From Planctomycetales bacterium (lineage in GTDB: Bacteria > Planctomycetota > Phycisphaerae > SM23-33), in NCBI GenBank assembly GCA_030592655.1, contig JAUVIQ010000003.1:1-42941 (forward strand): DNA of 42,941 nucleotides, given 5' to 3'. How positions within the stretch are numbered: the stretch's first letter is position 1; every line of letters begins with the position of its first letter. A model generated the notes under the pieces. That model saw nothing but the letters and a program-made list of their open reading frames with translations. It was not told where the DNA came from and searched no databases. The translations under genes and the position numbers were made by a program. Positions 42,454-42,941 of the stretch are shown here, piece by piece.

Positions 42454-42839
42454 TCCACAAGTCTGATGTCCAGTTGCTTCGCCACGCCCTTCATAGCATT
42501 ATCGAGCGTCAGCAACGAACATCGTGCTTCCAGGGCACACTGTAAGAAATAGGCGTCGTAGGCATATATCCCGTAGCGTCCAGCCAGAACAAGAGCGGCT
42601 CGAACGTCGATCTCCACCAGTTCAACAGAAACACAGGCGACCGCATCCCACACGTCCGGTAGTTGCTCGGCAAGAACGACTTTTCTCTTGACCAGCGCCG
42701 ACAGAGCATTTCCGACTTCGTACGGCAGGACCGCCGGGGCCGCCAATTCGTGCTCCTCGGTTACCTGAACGAGCCAGGGTTTTTCCGGTTCATTCAGCGC
42801 CACCGCCAAGAACGTATTTGTGTCAGCCACATACTTCAT
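42450..42839 (-). CDS. PIN-domain (VapC-like) toxin
   Basis: VADTNTFLA, YEVGNAL, IYAYDAYFL, LLTLD acidic PIN residues. Start set at MKYVAD. Confidence 0.88.
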   Translation of the reverse strand: MKYVADTNTFLAVALNEPEKPWLVQVTEEHELAAPAVLPYEVGNALSALVKRKVVLAEQLPDVWDAVACVSVELVEIDVRAALVLAGRYGIYAYDAYFLQCALEARCSLLTLDNAMKGVAKQLDIRLVE

Positions 42840-42846
42840 GCGCACA

Positions 42847-42875
42847 ATTGTACACGTCAGAAGGCTTTTTGTCAA
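42847..42875 (-). promoter_or_regulatory. Sigma70 promoter, probably giving a leaderless vapC-phd transcript
   Basis: TTGACA-N17-TACAAT with only 7 nt between the -10 box and the ATG; no SD sequence. Confidence 0.7.
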
Positions 42876-42941
42876 TCCCCCAAGACGGATCAATTCCAAG
42901 GCGCCGTTGGCTTCGCCGCCCAATACGCCACAGGCGCAGCC

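Overview
Bacterial chromosomal window. A Planctomycetota origin (possibly Phycisphaerae-like) is inferred from gene content and is not proven. From left to right: a thioester alpha-2-macroglobulin; a complete IS4-family element with TIRs and a 9-bp target duplication; an M23-like protein; and a ~12.7-kb minus-strand cluster of secreted modular proteins (one CBM/GH-like, two right-handed beta-helix, two PQQ-type beta-propeller; the last four share an N-terminal module). Then PilZ, DUF2617, an unannotated 44-aa bL37-like ORF, several toxin-antitoxin modules (hicBA, Phd-MNT fusion/HepT, higBA, vapC-phd, and a toxin-less small-gene trio), thiC with a TPP riboswitch, tRNA-Arg(CCG), tig-clpP-clpP, an orphan DNA methyltransferase, a Ca/Na antiporter, tRNA-Gly(GCC), a rhomboid and several lipoproteins. 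The most unusual signal is non-coding. Many intergenic gaps hold ORF-less hairpins built from 7- or 9-bp tandem units, and some are nested inside each other. These hairpins and two CDSs are interrupted by 15-31-bp hairpin-bearing micro-insertions, most with lengths that are multiples of 3 and several beginning CCTGYC. Empty and filled sites can be compared within the window, suggesting a layered micro-mobile-element system whose enzyme is not encoded here. All family calls come from motif recognition; no database searches were run.
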